Below, piece after piece: positions 62,057-64,000 of a stretch of DNA of 64,000 nucleotides; position 1 is the stretch's first letter, and each line of letters begins with the position of its first letter. Origin of the DNA: Lama guanicoe (taxonomy: Eukaryota). The position numbers and the translations under genes are program-made. The DNA lies in NCBI GenBank assembly GCA_013239625.1, contig MU054220.1:6432626-6496625 (forward strand). The letters run 5' to 3'. The notes under the pieces were generated by a model. That model was not told where the DNA came from. It did no database searches and saw nothing but the letters and a program-made list of their open reading frames with translations.

Positions 62057-64000
62057 TCTCATATAAAAGGTAACATATATTCACTGATAAAAAAGAGAAA
62101 TTGTGCATGGTGGAAATAAATGGGGAAATCAGGACTAAACAATTGATCATCACAAGCTTTTCATGTATAATATTTTTCACGAACGTTTCCCTTTTTTTAA
62201 TGACTTTGGAATGCCTTTTACCTAAAGGAACCAGAATTTACTTTTAGTATTTCTTTGTTTCAAGTGTAGGTGATTGCCAACTATTCGCTAGTTATTTTTT
62301 TCTCTTCTTTTGAGAACCAGGCAAGGTGTCTGTGGTCACCGACACATGCTTGGTATAGTGGTCAGCCTTCTAGGGCCTGGACATATACTCCAGGAAAGAA
62401 CTAGCAACTGGCAGCCTAGTGACCCCAGAGGCTCTCGTTCTCTCACCCGAGTCACTGCTGTCACTGCAGCTCACTTCAGGAACAGACGCAATGACACAGC
62501 ATATGAAGATGTCCTTCATATGCTCCTTATTTGGGGGAAAATGTGGATGTGCATTTTTTTTTTTCTCATTGGAAATAGATTTCAAGGCTTCACCTCGCTA
62601 CACATAGCAGGCAGGTAATTCACAGACTTGTCATTCACAAACACTGATAGTCTAGGATGGAGAATAGGACAACAGATCAATTGAAAAGCTTCATGTGTCT
62701 TCTCACTAATGCAAGATTTAGTGCATTTAAGGATATTATAACAAGATCAAATCAAATTTACAGCAGAATGAACAAATGTGAATAACTAATGGAGGTCAGG
62801 ATGTGCTTTCAGAGCTCCATGTTGCACCCGTTAGATCTGCGGGGAAGGGACTTAATGCAAGTTGATGTGTGATTACTCCAGTTTTAAAAGAATGTAATTC
62901 AGTTTACATCTGGTTTCATTAAGGCTGTTGAGATACCACTTGAGGAATTCAAAGAGAAGAGAAATGTGAGGTGCACATTTGTGAGTGTGTGAGTGTGTGT
63001 TTACAGAAGTGTGTATCAATCCTGCACTTTGTTATAACGTGTGAATCTATTAACTCTTTAATGTGCAAAGTCTGCTATGATTTCTTCTTGTATAACTGAG
63101 AGCTGGCAGCTTTGCCACGCAAAGAAGTCATGTGATCTCTCCCACTAGACCTTTTCAGTGTGACACATTCACTGTGTGGTTGACAGGATTCCGAGAGTAG
63201 ACAGAGACTTACGGGCATGTGACCTGTTTGTTAAACTAAATTAAAATGAATGTGTTAACACTTCATCAGTTTTCATCTCTTCAGCCTCACAGCTGTTTAT
63301 AAAAGGAAGATGTTTGTGTGAGAAAAAGTCTACATAATTTTACATAAAATAAACAAACATTATCATAGTACTTGATATGCCACCAAATCATTTCATGGAC
63401 TAATGAACATGTATCTGGTTATAATCTTATGGGAATGTTTATATTGTATAGTTTACAGTTTGTAGAAACTGGGAATCAAAGTGATTTTAACTTTTTAATA
63501 ATTAAAGTATAGAAGCAAGAGCTGAAGGAACTAAGAAAATCAAATCAAATCACAATTATGAAGCCCCTATTCTATCACTATTTGAGAAGATTCTAAATGT
63601 CAATATATTTAATTCTTCAGAAATCATAGGAGGTGGACTTTATTATCTCCATTTCACAAAGAAACGTGAAGTTTCCAGGTCACATGCCTAGGTCTCAGCA
63701 GATTTTCAATTCAGTGCAACAGGTTTCAGAGCTTACATTTTTACTTTGGGCAACATATTCTAAATACCATCATGATGCTGGGGAGATAGTCTGCTTTAGC
63801 TTTTGTTATGAAAATGGAATCATCACTGTCTTGCAGCCCTTGATTAATCTCTTAATACTGTAGCCACCCTCATGTTTGATTTGCCACATGTGTTTTCAAA
63901 AAGGTTACAACTCATTATTTGGTCAGGGCACTGGGAAAGCCCAAGATCAAAAGTAATCTTGATTCAAACAAAAACATGCTGTGGAAAGGAAGGCTGGGTT

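Noticed and set aside
1..64000. The supplied ORFs as protein-coding genes, or a prokaryote-style defence or operon system
   Set aside because: All ORFs are 130 aa or shorter, many start at GTG/TTG, overlap repeats or microsatellites, and resemble no protein I recognise. The DNA is mammalian and repeat-rich.

Overview
This is AT-rich, CpG-depleted placental-mammal DNA, very probably from a camelid (alpaca, vicuna, llama or camel), judged from a Vic-1-type tRNA-derived SINE at 9491-9622 and artiodactyl-type L1 3' ends. I can support no protein-coding gene, RNA gene, CRISPR array or prokaryote-like system. All listed ORFs are 130 aa or shorter and are either chance ORFs or repeat-derived, so the window reads as intergenic or deep intronic. 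It is a mosaic of ancient repeats (MIR, L2, MaLR/ERVL LTRs, hAT MITEs, old L1) and younger insertions, several with visible target-site duplications (TSDs). The most interesting items are regulatory candidates: a MER41-like solo LTR retaining a tandem GAS pair and an IRF-type motif (26695-27163), a CTCF site with its upstream motif (2612-2643), a near-perfect RFX X-box (42412-42425) and an ATF4/E-box cluster (33780-34060). There is also a twin-primed L1, an unexplained 34-bp dispersed duplication and a few speculative minus-strand exons. Repeat names come from my recall of consensus sequences, not from a search, and boundaries of old repeats are approximate. I did not find a convincing new biological system.
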